Positions 45,094 to 55,296 of a stretch of DNA of 64,000 nt are shown here, piece by piece. The stretch's first letter is position 1. The number at the start of each line of letters is the position of its first letter. The DNA comes from Dehalococcoidia bacterium (GTDB lineage Bacteria; Chloroflexota; Dehalococcoidia; UBA2979): contig WHSU01000010.1 in assembly GCA_009379925.1 (NCBI GenBank), positions 18,023 to 82,022 on the forward strand, read 5' to 3'. Made by a program: the position numbers and the translations under genes. The notes beneath the pieces were generated by a model. It worked only from the letters and a program-made list of their open reading frames with translations. It was not told the DNA's origin and did not search any database.

Positions 45094-46836
45094 ATGACAG
45101 ACCGAAGTTATTGGACGTCGCGGCTCGGCCGGCGGGGCCTTCTGAGGGGTGGCGCTCTCCTGAGCGCAGGTGTCGGTGCGGCAGCGCTGATCGGCTGTGG
45201 CGGAGACGACGAAGGGGACGGGGATGGGGGTTCGTCAGGATCCCCCGCTGCATCCGATGGTTCTGGGGCGACATCTCCCGCGCCGTCTGGTGCTGCGCAG
45301 GGTGATCACTACGGCGGTACCTACCGCCGGTTCACCACACTGATTGAGTCGAACTTCGACGTGTACATGACGCAGGGGTCGTCCGACCTGTTCAGTCACA
45401 TCAGCGAGCGTCTCCTGCGCATTGACCCATCTACGCTCGAACTCCAGCCAGGCCTGATCAGCGAGTGGGAAGAGATCGAGGCGGGTATGGAGTATGTCCT
45501 CCACATCCACCCCGAAGCTGTATGGGAGAACAAGGCCCCGACCAACGGACGCGCCTTCGACGCCGAGGATGTGGTCTGGAACATCCTGTACGCCGGCGAG
45601 TACGAAGGCCCGGAGCACACCGCCCAACGCGCCTCGTGGTATTTCGGCATCGAGAACGCCGAGGCGGTCGACGACAAGACGGTCCGCCTGACGTTGAGCG
45701 AGCCCAATGGCCCGGTCCTGGCGGCGATGGCCGACCACCGACAGCACATGGTGCCTAAGGAGGTCCCGGAGTCCTACGGTTGGGACAACTATCCGAATTT
45801 CCCGGCCATCGGACCGTTCCGGATGACTTCGTACGACCCCGGCACAGTCGGCACTTTCGAGCGGAACCCCGACTACGTGTTGACTGGCGCGAACGGCGAC
45901 GCGCTCCCGTACTTCGACGGTGTTGAGCTCAACTGGTTCGGGGACAACGCGTCCGCCTACGCGGCGTTCCTCACTGACCAACTCGACGTGATGCCGGTCA
46001 CGCCTTCTGACGCGAAGGATCTGGACGACGAGTCCGGAGTTACCGTGTACCGCCTGCCGTTTCGCGGAACCCAACTGCAGGTACTGAACACCGAACGCTA
46101 CGCGGATGTTCGGGTCCGCAAGGCGTTCCACAACCTCCTGGACTACCAGGACATAGGCGAGAACGTGCACCTCGGCGACTACAAGTGGTCAGGGAAGATC
46201 AACCAACAGTACCCATACGTCATGAAGGAAGACGAAGTGCGGGTGCTGCCTGGATTCAATCCCGATACGCGCGAAGCTGACGTCGCCGAAGCGTTCAAGC
46301 TGCTCGATGCGGCTGGCTTCCCGGAGGGAGCTGGTCTGGTCTTCAATAACGTTTCGTCGGCCACTACCGGTAATGCGTTCGACTGGCAGATTCGCATCCA
46401 GGGTCAACTGGCCCAGGTGGCGCCGGCGATCGAATACAACACGAATACGCCGACAGACGGCCCATCGTTTCAGCGTGCCCTGCTCGCTGGTGAGCACGAT
46501 TGCATCACGCACCAGAGCTACGATGGTCCAGAGACGCGGCTGGCGATTCAGGCGTTCGCCACGGGCCACTCCCGCAACTGGTCGAAGTACTCCAATCCGA
46601 CCGTTGACGAACTCGTAGCGAGGAGCATGGCGGAGTCCGGCGAACAGCTGGGCGAGACGATCGCAGAACTCGAGGCCATCCTGATGGAGGACCACCCCTG
46701 GTTTGGTCTCGGGATCGTGCCAGCCCTCGCGGCGCGTGATCGGGTGCAGGGCATCGACCGCGGAGGCTGGGAGGGTGCATCTGGGAACGACTCGAAGATT
46801 GTGTCGCAGTACTACTGGTTCACCGAGGACGCGTAG
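45094..46836 (+). CDS. ABC transporter substrate-binding lipoprotein, family 5, with Tat-type signal
   Basis: 'MTDRSYWTSRLGRRGLLRGGALLSAGVGAAALIGCGG' carries a twin-arginine motif plus a lipobox (LIGC). The SBP_bac_5-like body includes 'GPFRMTSYDPGTVGTFERNPDY'. Confidence 0.9.
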   Translation: MTDRSYWTSRLGRRGLLRGGALLSAGVGAAALIGCGGDDEGDGDGGSSGSPAASDGSGATSPAPSGAAQGDHYGGTYRRFTTLIESNFDVYMTQGSSDLFSHISERLLRIDPSTLELQPGLISEWEEIEAGMEYVLHIHPEAVWENKAPTNGRAFDAEDVVWNILYAGEYEGPEHTAQRASWYFGIENAEAVDDKTVRLTLSEPNGPVLAAMADHRQHMVPKEVPESYGWDNYPNFPAIGPFRMTSYDPGTVGTFERNPDYVLTGANGDALPYFDGVELNWFGDNASAYAAFLTDQLDVMPVTPSDAKDLDDESGVTVYRLPFRGTQLQVLNTERYADVRVRKAFHNLLDYQDIGENVHLGDYKWSGKINQQYPYVMKEDEVRVLPGFNPDTREADVAEAFKLLDAAGFPEGAGLVFNNVSSATTGNAFDWQIRIQGQLAQVAPAIEYNTNTPTDGPSFQRALLAGEHDCITHQSYDGPETRLAIQAFATGHSRNWSKYSNPTVDELVARSMAESGEQLGETIAELEAILMEDHPWFGLGIVPALAARDRVQGIDRGGWEGASGNDSKIVSQYYWFTEDA

Positions 46837-46939
46837 ACTGTCGGTACGCGGAGAGGACTTGGCTGGCTTGTTCGTCGGCCAAGTCTTCGTGTCCCTGGGA
46901 CACCCGCCCCCGGGGACTACATGAAGGTGAGCAAGGGCG

Positions 46940-48127
46940 ATGAATCTTCGCGGCGCGGCAGCTGTCGTTGGCATCTGCGAACTAAAACCCGAGCGAGAGC
47001 GGCCCGACCGAGACTTGAATAGCCTCCTCGCCGAGGTCAGCCTGGGCGCAATCCGCGACGCGGGTCTGCGGAAGCAGGACATCGAGTGTCTCATCATGCA
47101 GTCTAATGGGGCGACCGATGGTGGGTCGCTCAACGAGACCATGTCCGAATATCTGGGAATCCAGCCCACATTCGCCGCGGGGATCAATGCCCAGGGGGCC
47201 AGTGGCGTCGCCGGGTTGGCTGAGGCGGCTGCATTCATCGCTGCCGGCCTGGCGAACTACGTGCTCGTCGCAACGGCGAACCCTGTCGACCCCAACGCGG
47301 GCGGTCCTCGCCGCGGCCGGGCCGGCCGCGCCGCCGATCCGTTCACCACCGAATGGCAAATTCCGTACGGCCCGGTAGTGGGTCAGAACGGCTACTACGC
47401 CATGATTGCGCAGCGCCATGAGCATCTCTACGGTCTCAACGTGGAGAAGCGTGCCAAGATCGCGGTCGACCAGCGTATCAACGCGAACCACAATCCAGAC
47501 GCCTTTTTCTTCGACACGCCGATCACGACCGAGGATGTCGCGAACTCCCGTCTCATTGCAGACCCGCTCCATCTCCTTGAGTGCGTGATGCCATGTTCGG
47601 GCGGCGCCGCCTATGTGGTCGCCCGCTCGGACCTCGCGACGTATCTGCCTCACCCGCCGGCCTATATCCTCGGCGGTGCCTGCTGCGTGCAGCGGGTATC
47701 CCAGATGCACATGAGCGACTTCGCCTTCGCGCCCGTGGAGCGCGCGGCAAAGAAGACCTTCGCGATGGCCGGCTATGGACCCCGCGACATGTCCATCCTC
47801 GAGTTATACGACTCGTACACGATCACGGTTATCTGCGAGCTTGAGGAGTCAGGCTTCTGTGCGAAGGGCGAAGCTGGCGACTGGCTTCAGGAGCAGGACT
47901 TCACCTTCCGCGGCAACCTGCCGCTGAACACCCATGGCGGTCAGATGTCCTTCGGTCAACCCAACTTCGCCGGCGGCTTTTCGCAGGTGATGGAAGGCGT
48001 ACGCCAGGTGCGAGGCGAAGCCGGTGAACACCAGGCGACCAAGGACGTCGATCTCGTCTACCTCACCGGCTCTGGGGGCGTCTTCGCGGTCCAGTCGGCC
48101 GCTGTGCTCGCCCGCGAACCCCGATGA
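46940..48127 (+). CDS. thiolase-like protein (SCP-x/non-canonical thiolase, partner of DUF35 protein)
   Basis: 395 aa. 'AAVVGICELKPER' and 'LNTHGGQMSFGQPNFAGGFSQVMEGVRQVRGEAG' show the thiolase C-terminal pattern. A DUF35 OB-fold gene follows directly. Confidence 0.85.
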   Translation: MNLRGAAAVVGICELKPERERPDRDLNSLLAEVSLGAIRDAGLRKQDIECLIMQSNGATDGGSLNETMSEYLGIQPTFAAGINAQGASGVAGLAEAAAFIAAGLANYVLVATANPVDPNAGGPRRGRAGRAADPFTTEWQIPYGPVVGQNGYYAMIAQRHEHLYGLNVEKRAKIAVDQRINANHNPDAFFFDTPITTEDVANSRLIADPLHLLECVMPCSGGAAYVVARSDLATYLPHPPAYILGGACCVQRVSQMHMSDFAFAPVERAAKKTFAMAGYGPRDMSILELYDSYTITVICELEESGFCAKGEAGDWLQEQDFTFRGNLPLNTHGGQMSFGQPNFAGGFSQVMEGVRQVRGEAGEHQATKDVDLVYLTGSGGVFAVQSAAVLAREPR

Positions 48128-48191
48128 TTGGCGAGGGCGTGCCGACATCGGGGCGTGCACTGATGATGGCATCCTGATCTGAGGGGCGGGC

Positions 48192-48617
48192 ATGACGAAG
48201 GAATACGACAAGCCGCTGGTCGAGAACCCAACGTACAATAGCGCGGAATGGTGGGCCGCTGCCGGGGAGCACCGGCTCCTCTACCAGCGATGCACCAATT
48301 GCAACCGGGCGGTCTTCCCTCCGCGTGGGTCGTGCCCGGGCCCGGACTGCTTAGTCTACGGCACGCTGCAGTGGTCCGAGTCGCATGGCGCAGGGCGCGT
48401 CTTTAGCTACACCGTCGTTCGCCAGCCGGCGGACCAGCGCTTCGCCCGTCACGTCCCGTACGTCTTCGCGCTGATCGAACTTGACGAAGGCTTCCGGCTC
48501 TTCTCGAACGTCACGGACATCGACCCCGCCGAGGTACGGATCGGACAATCCGTTCAGGTCTACTGGGACGACGTCACCGCCGACGTGTCGCTGCCCAAGT
48601 TCCGCATACGCGGCTAG
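48192..48617 (+). CDS. Zn-ribbon/OB-fold protein (DUF35 family)
   Basis: 141 aa. 'LLYQRCTNCNRAVFPPRGSCPGPDC' is a rubredoxin-like CxxC...CxxxxC element. It is followed by OB-fold 'GRVFSYTVVRQP...VFALIELDEGFRLFSNV'. Confidence 0.88.
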   Translation: MTKEYDKPLVENPTYNSAEWWAAAGEHRLLYQRCTNCNRAVFPPRGSCPGPDCLVYGTLQWSESHGAGRVFSYTVVRQPADQRFARHVPYVFALIELDEGFRLFSNVTDIDPAEVRIGQSVQVYWDDVTADVSLPKFRIRG

Positions 48618-48699
48618 CTGTCGTTCTCAGCGAGGTTATTGCAAGGACCGGGACTCCATCCGTTGATGTGTGGTGGGGCTCGGACTCAGGTCTGACGGC

Positions 48700-49491
48700 C
48701 TAGCTGCCTTTCCAGATCGGCTTTCGCTTCTCGGCGAATGCCCGGGCGCCCTCGCGAATGTCGTCGGAGTCCGAGACCTTGGCGCCGTTCTCACGGACGA
48801 ACCGGGAGGCCAGTTCGGGCGGGAGGAACCGCGCGGTGTATGCGTTCTGCTTCGTCACCTGGACGGCGAGCGGCGCATTCTCCGCCACCACCTCCGCGAT
48901 CTCCTGTGCCTTGTCGAACAGGTCCGCCTGCGGCACGACCTCCATGACGAGCCCGAAGCGGAGGGCCTGCTCCGCACCCACGTGAGCGCCACTGATCAGC
49001 ATGTAGAGCGCGGGGCCGAACGGCAGCACGCGGATGACCGGCTCCACTGGCCCTGCCATGCCGACCTTCACTTCCGTGAGACCAAACTTCGCCGTCTCCG
49101 ATGCGATGCGGACGTCGCATCGAAGGGACTCGAGGAACCCGAGCCCCAGGGCATACCCCTGGACCGCGGCGATCATCGGCTTCGTCACGTCCGGGTACCG
49201 CGGGTGCGACGGAAGCGGCTCGCCGGTGCCGAACCGCCGGGCGCGTTCCTTCATGTCGCGGCCAACCGAGAAGTCCCGGTCCCCCGCGCCGCGCACGATG
49301 GCGACGCGAGCCTCGGGATCGTCCTGGAAGTTCTGGTAGGCGGCCGCGAGCTCGTGGAGCATGCCGTCCGACAGGGCATTTCGGCTTGCCGGATTGTCGA
49401 TAGTGACGGTAGCAATGTGACCGTTCCGGATGTAGTCGACCTTACCCACTGCCTCCTCCAACTCCCCGTCGCTGAGCGTGCGAACCGCCAT
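48700..49491 (-). CDS. enoyl-CoA hydratase/isomerase family protein
   Basis: 263 aa with 'TVTIDNPASRNAL', 'AIVRGAGDRDFSVGRDMKE' and 'MIAAVQGYALGLGFLESLRCDVRIAS'. Confidence 0.9.
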   Translation of the reverse strand: MAVRTLSDGELEEAVGKVDYIRNGHIATVTIDNPASRNALSDGMLHELAAAYQNFQDDPEARVAIVRGAGDRDFSVGRDMKERARRFGTGEPLPSHPRYPDVTKPMIAAVQGYALGLGFLESLRCDVRIASETAKFGLTEVKVGMAGPVEPVIRVLPFGPALYMLISGAHVGAEQALRFGLVMEVVPQADLFDKAQEIAEVVAENAPLAVQVTKQNAYTARFLPPELASRFVRENGAKVSDSDDIREGARAFAEKRKPIWKGS

Positions 49492-49503
49492 GCCGTTCGC
49501 GGC

Positions 49504-50442
49504 TTAGCGCCGTGTAATCTCGTCGACTGCGGCCATTTCCTCCACTGTCAGACGCCAGTCCGCTGCCGCGGCGTTGGAGCGGACCTGCTCCGGGCGCGTG
49601 GCGCCGGCGATGATGCTGCTGACGGTCGGGTTGGACGCGAGCCACCCGAACGCCAGCTCGAGCAGGGTGTGCCCGCGCGCCCGGGCGAACTCTTCGAGCT
49701 GTTCGACGATGTCGAAGTGACGCTCGTTGAGCATCCGATCGCCTTGGTCGATCCAGGATAGGCGCGAGCCCTCGGGTGGCGGCTCGCCCCGGCGGTACTT
49801 GCCGGTGAGCATGCCGCTCGCCAGGGGAAAGTAGGGCAGGAATCCGAAGCCGAACTGCTTCGCCGCGGGCATGACCTCCTGGTCGGCGCGGCGGCCCAGC
49901 AGGCTGTACTGATTCTGCACGGAGATGAACCCGTTGAGGTTGTTGCTCTTCGCCGTCCAGGCCGCATCGGCGAGCTCCCAGCCGCTGACGTTTGAGCAGC
50001 CTGCGTACCGCACCTTCCCAGCGTGAATCAGGTCGTCTACGGCGCGGAGCGTCTCCTCCACCGGCGTCCGAAGGTCCGGGCGGTGAATCTGGTAGAGGTC
50101 GATATAGTCGGTCCCGAGGCGCCGGAGCGAGTCCTCGACTGCGGTCATGATCCAGCGCCGTGATCCTCCGGCCTTGAGCTGCCCTTCGCCCATCCGGTTC
50201 CCGAACTTCGTAGCGACGATCACCTCGTGGCGCCGCCCCTTCAGCGCGCGGCCAAGGTACTCCTCCGAGAAGCCGCCTGCGCCATAGACGTCGGCGGTAT
50301 CGAAAAGGCTGATGCCCTCATCGATCGCCACGTGCACGACATCAGCCGTCTCGGCCGGATCCATGCTGCGCCCGAAGTTGTTGCAGCCGATGCCGACGAC
50401 CGAGACTTGGAGGCCGGACCGGCCAACGTTGCGGTATTCCAT
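49504..50442 (-). CDS. aldo/keto reductase
   Basis: 312 aa with 'MEYRNVGRSGLQVSVVGIGCNNFG', 'FDTADVYG' and 'IDLYQIHRPD'. Confidence 0.93.
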   Translation of the reverse strand: MEYRNVGRSGLQVSVVGIGCNNFGRSMDPAETADVVHVAIDEGISLFDTADVYGAGGFSEEYLGRALKGRRHEVIVATKFGNRMGEGQLKAGGSRRWIMTAVEDSLRRLGTDYIDLYQIHRPDLRTPVEETLRAVDDLIHAGKVRYAGCSNVSGWELADAAWTAKSNNLNGFISVQNQYSLLGRRADQEVMPAAKQFGFGFLPYFPLASGMLTGKYRRGEPPPEGSRLSWIDQGDRMLNERHFDIVEQLEEFARARGHTLLELAFGWLASNPTVSSIIAGATRPEQVRSNAAAADWRLTVEEMAAVDEITRR

Positions 50443-50552
50443 CGCGTCCCTTCAGGAGTCGTACGCTGGGGCGGCTAGCGACAGAGCCCGTTCACCGATG
50501 CGAGACACCGATGGTTGCTGCGTATCGGTGCCATGCCGGTGACGCCGGCAGC

Positions 50553-51740
50553 CTAGGCGACGACGTTGTTCAAATGGAGGTCGCGGATCTCGTCCACCGA
50601 ATAGCCAGCGTCCTGCAGAATCTCGTCCGTATGCTCGCCGAACATCGGGGCGGGCCGCCGTATGGTGCCAGGCGTCTCGGACAGCTGGACGGGGACGTTG
50701 AAGTGGACCGTCGATCCAACCGTCGGGTGGGCGATCCGGGCAAACAGATCGTTCTCAACTGCCTGGGGGAAGTCTTTCATCGCGGTGCGCAGGGTCAGAG
50801 GCACAGACGGGACGCCCGCGTCCGCCAGGAGACCGAGCCACTCGTCGCGCCCTCGTTCCAGGAATAGGGGGGCGAGCTCGTCCGCAAGATCGCGACGGTT
50901 GCGCGCTCGGGCATCGGTCGCCGCGAAACGTTCGTCGTCGGCCAGTCCCTCGCGGCCAAGAGCGTGACAAAACGCGCGCCACTCGTGATCCGTGATCAGG
51001 CCGACCGTGAGGAACTGGTCGTCCTTACAGGCGAAGGTCGGACAGCAGTCCTCGGGAATTTCCGGCTCCGGGGGCGCCTCACGGTCTGATTGGCGGCCGC
51101 TGCTGATCCACTGCGACGCTTGAGAGAGCAGAGCAGACCCGAGGAGCGAGCACTCGACGATCTGCCCTCGGCCTGTGTGTTCGCGCGACCACAGGGCGGC
51201 ACCGATCGCGAGTCCAAGCACCATCGGCGCGGCGGTGTCGGCGATGAAGGTTCCGGCGCCGGAGGGGTCGCCGTAGCGCTTCATTCGAGAGTCGTAGACG
51301 CCGGCGTAGCCCTGGATGATGTTGTCGTAGGCCTGCTTCTGCGCGTACGGGCCACGCGAGCCGAAGCCGGTCATCCACACGTAAATGAGCCCCCGATTGA
51401 GGTCGCTCAATGTGGTGTAGTCGACCGCCAGTCGCTCAGCGACCCCCGGACGGAAATTGTGCAGGATGATGTCGGCGTCCCTGACCAGCCGGTAGAGCAC
51501 ATCCTTCCCAGCCTGATTCTGCAGATCCAGTGAGAGTGCCCGCTTGTTCCGATTGACCGCCATGTAGAAGCGGCTGTTCTTCGCCAGGAACGGGCTGGTT
51601 CCGAGCGCCCGGCTGTCGTCCCCGTTCGGCTGCTCGACCTTGATCACATCTGCGCCCATGTCGCCGAGGTAGGTGGCTGTTCCGGGGCCCGCATACATAG
51701 TTGACAAGTCGAGCACGGTGATTCCGTCAAGCGGAAGCAT
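50553..51740 (-). CDS. family III CoA-transferase (CaiB/BaiF)
   Basis: 395 aa. 'LDGITVLDLSTMYAGPGTATYLGDMGADVIKVEQP' is a hallmark N-terminus. Confidence 0.92.
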   Translation of the reverse strand: MLPLDGITVLDLSTMYAGPGTATYLGDMGADVIKVEQPNGDDSRALGTSPFLAKNSRFYMAVNRNKRALSLDLQNQAGKDVLYRLVRDADIILHNFRPGVAERLAVDYTTLSDLNRGLIYVWMTGFGSRGPYAQKQAYDNIIQGYAGVYDSRMKRYGDPSGAGTFIADTAAPMVLGLAIGAALWSREHTGRGQIVECSLLGSALLSQASQWISSGRQSDREAPPEPEIPEDCCPTFACKDDQFLTVGLITDHEWRAFCHALGREGLADDERFAATDARARNRRDLADELAPLFLERGRDEWLGLLADAGVPSVPLTLRTAMKDFPQAVENDLFARIAHPTVGSTVHFNVPVQLSETPGTIRRPAPMFGEHTDEILQDAGYSVDEIRDLHLNNVVA

Positions 51741-51759
51741 CTTTGAATCCCCTTACGGA

Positions 51760-52959
51760 CTAGAGGCGAATGGCGCCCGAATGCTGGAGTTCGTCGATCT
51801 CGGCATCCGTCACTCCGGCCTCGGAGAGGACCTCCCGTGTGTGCTCACCGAGCGAGGGCACATGTTTGCCGATCTCGACCGGAGTCTCCCCGTAGACGAC
51901 GGCAGATCCGACGACGCGGACATCGTCGAGGCTGCCGCAACTGACGCTCGTGGCGTATGCGTTCTCGATGATCTGCGGATCCTCGAATAGCTCGTCGCGA
52001 CTCATAGTCGGTCCGCAGGGGACGCCTGCCGCCTGGAGTTCCTCGAGCCACTCCCAGGAGGTGCGGGTGCTGAAGATGCCATCGAGCAGCCCGTATAGTT
52101 CCTGACGGCGCTGCGACCGTGCCGCGCCGGTGCTGTAGTCGGGGTCACCGATGAGGTGTTCGAGTCCTATAGCCTCGCAGAGGCGGTTCCATTGCCGTTC
52201 CTGGATGGTGATGATGTTAATGAAGCGTCCGTCGCCGCAGCGGTAGGAGTTCACAGTAGCCTGGGCGGTCTCGACCACTGGTGTGGGGTCATCCTCGGCC
52301 CACGAGAGTTGGACCGACTGCATGGCGACCGCGGCCTGGAGCATAGAGGTCTCGACGCGCTGGCCCGCGCCGGTGCGCTGTCGCGCGAGAAGGGCCATCA
52401 TCACCCCATGCGCCAGCAACATCGCCGGTGCGGTCTCGCCTAGCCGGTAGGCAGTGTGTACCGGGTGGCCGTCCAACGTGCGGCTGGCGCTCATAACCCC
52501 GGACATCGCCTGGGCGAAAGGCTCATATCCGGGCAGTTCCGAGTAGGGTCCCGTCCGGCCGAACGGGGTCACGGTCGCGTATATGAGCCGCGGGTTGAGT
52601 TCCTTCAGGCGCGAGTGGTGGAACGGCCAATCCTCGCTCGGCTTGGCGGGCTCGCGGTACGCGATGAGGACGTCGGCATCGACGATCAGCCGGTCCACGA
52701 CCTTGCGGCCGCCGTCCGTGCGCCAGTCGATTGTGACGCTCCGCTTGCCCCGGTTCAGTGCCAGGAACGCCTTCGAAACGCTCGTGCCAGGGAATTGCGG
52801 CGCCTCCGTGCGCGACGGATCGCCGCCTGGAACCTCGATCTTGACGACATCAGCCCCATAGTCGGCCAACAGCATTCCGGTACCAGAGGCCGCCGGGTGG
52901 TGGGCTAGGTCGAGCACGCGAAGACCCGTGAGCGGGGGGTCAAGTAGGCGCTCTACCAT
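51760..52959 (-). CDS. family III CoA-transferase (CaiB/BaiF), second paralog
   Basis: 399 aa with 'LTGLRVLDLAHHPAASGTGMLLADYGADVVKIEVPGGDPSR'. Confidence 0.92.
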   Translation of the reverse strand: MVERLLDPPLTGLRVLDLAHHPAASGTGMLLADYGADVVKIEVPGGDPSRTEAPQFPGTSVSKAFLALNRGKRSVTIDWRTDGGRKVVDRLIVDADVLIAYREPAKPSEDWPFHHSRLKELNPRLIYATVTPFGRTGPYSELPGYEPFAQAMSGVMSASRTLDGHPVHTAYRLGETAPAMLLAHGVMMALLARQRTGAGQRVETSMLQAAVAMQSVQLSWAEDDPTPVVETAQATVNSYRCGDGRFINIITIQERQWNRLCEAIGLEHLIGDPDYSTGAARSQRRQELYGLLDGIFSTRTSWEWLEELQAAGVPCGPTMSRDELFEDPQIIENAYATSVSCGSLDDVRVVGSAVVYGETPVEIGKHVPSLGEHTREVLSEAGVTDAEIDELQHSGAIRL

Positions 52960-53236
52960 CGGATCTCACCTTCCTGGAGGGTCGGCCCGCCCGGAGAGTA
53001 CTACGCGGCGCCAGGATTCCGAATTCCGCTTGTCATACCCGTGTTGTCCATTGTTAGGGTTACTTGGGACGCCGGACGAACCACGACTACCGACCATGTG
53101 ACGGGAGACACACTCAATACGGAGAGGCATCCGTGTGTGTTCGCGAGCCTCGACGCCCGCCAAGATCCCCTGCGCGCCGCCGGGGGAATCGGACGAGCAC
53201 CCCACGCGAGTGCCGCGGCGTCCAGGGGGACTGTTG

Positions 53237-54166
53237 CTAAGACGGGCGCGCAGAGGCGCCGGGAGCGCCCGCGTTCTCCCGCACAGCCCGAGCAGTGGCT
53301 TTGTCGACACCTCGCTCCCACTTGCGCTTGAGCGGGTCGCTGACGTGGAACCCCAACTTGCCGACCTTCTCGATCTCGACCTCGATGTAGTCGCCGTCTT
53401 GCATCGCACCTAACCCCTGATGGTTGGTGCCGGTGAAGAGCAGATCCCCGGGACGGAACGTCATGAACGAAGCGAAGAACTCGATCGACTCTGGGATCTG
53501 GTGCGCCATGTCGTCCGTGTTGAAGTCGCCGCGAAGCTCACCATCGACGGACAGCCGCACCGCCAGGTCGTGCGGGTCGTCGAGTTCGTCCTTCGTGACG
53601 ATCCACGGCCCGAGGGGTGCGAACGTGTCGAAGTTCTTCCCAAGTCGGGTCCCGCCGCCGTTAGAACCTGTCGTACCTTCGCGTGCGGAGCCGTCGACGC
53701 CGACCGTGTATCCAAAGACGTGGTCTAGGGCGTTCGCTCTATCGATGTCCTTGCCACTCTTGCCGATCACGACTACTAGTTCTGCCTCGTGATGAAAGAT
53801 GTTCGCATCAAACTTCGGGAGGACGAGCGTGCCGTCGGGACCGATCACGGCCTCCGGGTTCTTGAGGAAGCCCCACCTCGGAGAGATCGGACGGGTGCCG
53901 TTCTCCTTATAGTTGGCCCCCATACACATCACCTTGGGTGGACGCGGCAGCGGAGGGAGCAGCCGCACCGAGTCGAGCGGGATGGCGTCGCCCGACTGAG
54001 CTCCGGCCTCAAGCTCCCCCTTTACCTCGTCCCAGTTTGCGATGGCCGCCTCCATGGTCTCTTCCCCACTGCGCGGGGAGAAGCGTGCCAGCGCATCAGT
54101 CGCGTCGACGATGCCCCGGTCGGTGAGCACGCCGAAGCGCTCATCGTTAAACAGCAGCAGCTTCAT
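53237..54166 (-). CDS. fumarylacetoacetate hydrolase (FAH) family protein
   Basis: 'MKLLLFNDERFGVL...KVMCMGANYKEN...EAELVVVIGKSGKDI...VFGYTVGVDGSARE...KNFDTFAPLGPWIV...PGDLLFTGT'. Confidence 0.9.
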   Translation of the reverse strand: MKLLLFNDERFGVLTDRGIVDATDALARFSPRSGEETMEAAIANWDEVKGELEAGAQSGDAIPLDSVRLLPPLPRPPKVMCMGANYKENGTRPISPRWGFLKNPEAVIGPDGTLVLPKFDANIFHHEAELVVVIGKSGKDIDRANALDHVFGYTVGVDGSAREGTTGSNGGGTRLGKNFDTFAPLGPWIVTKDELDDPHDLAVRLSVDGELRGDFNTDDMAHQIPESIEFFASFMTFRPGDLLFTGTNHQGLGAMQDGDYIEVEIEKVGKLGFHVSDPLKRKWERGVDKATARAVRENAGAPGASARPS

Positions 54167-54252
54167 CGCTAAGACTCCTTCGCTGCGCCACGAGACCACT
54201 GAACCATGCGGTCGCCCGCGGACAGCGGTCACGCCGTCTCGGGCGTCAGCTT

Positions 54253-55185
54253 CTACTCCTTGGGCGCGTACCTACCCGAGAGCTGAAGCGGCGGGCCTTC
54301 GAGGCCGTTCTCCTGCCGGTCGAGACGCGTCTCGCGGCTCCACTTGCGCTTCAGGTCGTCACGGACGCCGATCGTGAGCCGGCCGAGGCCACCGACCTCC
54401 AGCTCGACGGTATCTCCGTCCTGGAAGGCGTTGAGGCCACGGTGGTTCGTCCCGGTCGCGATGATGTCGCCGGGCTCGATACTGTGGATCGAGCTGATGA
54501 ACTCGACGCAGCGCGGTATCTTGTGCGCCATATCGCTAGTGTTGAAGTCCTGCTTGATGTCGCCATTCACCCAGAGTTGAACAGGAAGGTTCTGGGCATC
54601 GTCGATCTCGTCCTTTGTCACGAGGAACGGGCCGATCGGTGCGTACGTTTCACGTGACTTCATCTGGAAGAACGTGTTGCCCTCCGGGGGTAGGCCGCGC
54701 GCGGAGCCGTCGATGAAGTTCACATACCCGAAGATGTAGCTCTCGGCTTCGGCGGCGGTGACGTGCCGGCCTCGCCGACCGATGACGAGCGCGATCTCCG
54801 CTTCGCCTTCAAAGATGGTCGCTGGGATGTCATCGAGCACCATGGTGTCGCCCGGCCCGATGATGGCGTTCGGTGACTTCAAGAAGGCGTTGATCGGCGC
54901 CGGCTCGGAACGGGTCCCGTCTTCCATGTAGTTGACGGCCATACAGTCGATGTTGATGGGGCGCGGAAGCGGCGGGCGGATCTTCACCTGTGCCAGCGGC
55001 TTGCGCGTTCCGCTCGACACGGCGGCCTCGATCTTCGGTCGGTACTCGTCGAACCTCTCGATGACTCGGTTAATGAGGTCGTGCGGTCCGGCGTGCGGAA
55101 TGTCCTCCACCGCGGACGTCACGTCTACGGCATCGTCGCCGTCCACAACACCCAGGCGGAAGTCATTGAAGTACAGAAGTTTCAT
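54253..55185 (-). CDS. fumarylacetoacetate hydrolase (FAH) family protein, second paralog
   Basis: 'MKLLYFNDFRLGVV...NIDCMAVNYMEDG...EAEIALVIGRRGRHV...IFGYVNFIDGSARG...YAPIGPFLV...PGDIIATGT'. Confidence 0.9.
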   Translation of the reverse strand: MKLLYFNDFRLGVVDGDDAVDVTSAVEDIPHAGPHDLINRVIERFDEYRPKIEAAVSSGTRKPLAQVKIRPPLPRPINIDCMAVNYMEDGTRSEPAPINAFLKSPNAIIGPGDTMVLDDIPATIFEGEAEIALVIGRRGRHVTAAEAESYIFGYVNFIDGSARGLPPEGNTFFQMKSRETYAPIGPFLVTKDEIDDAQNLPVQLWVNGDIKQDFNTSDMAHKIPRCVEFISSIHSIEPGDIIATGTNHRGLNAFQDGDTVELEVGGLGRLTIGVRDDLKRKWSRETRLDRQENGLEGPPLQLSGRYAPKE

Positions 55186-55296
55186 CGTCCTTCTCTCACT
55201 GCTCAAGCCGTCAGGGCCAGGGGTTGACTTGCTGATGCCCTGGCGGCCCCCGTCCCAGAGCGGGTTGGTTGCGGGGATGCGACGTCCGACGGTCTC

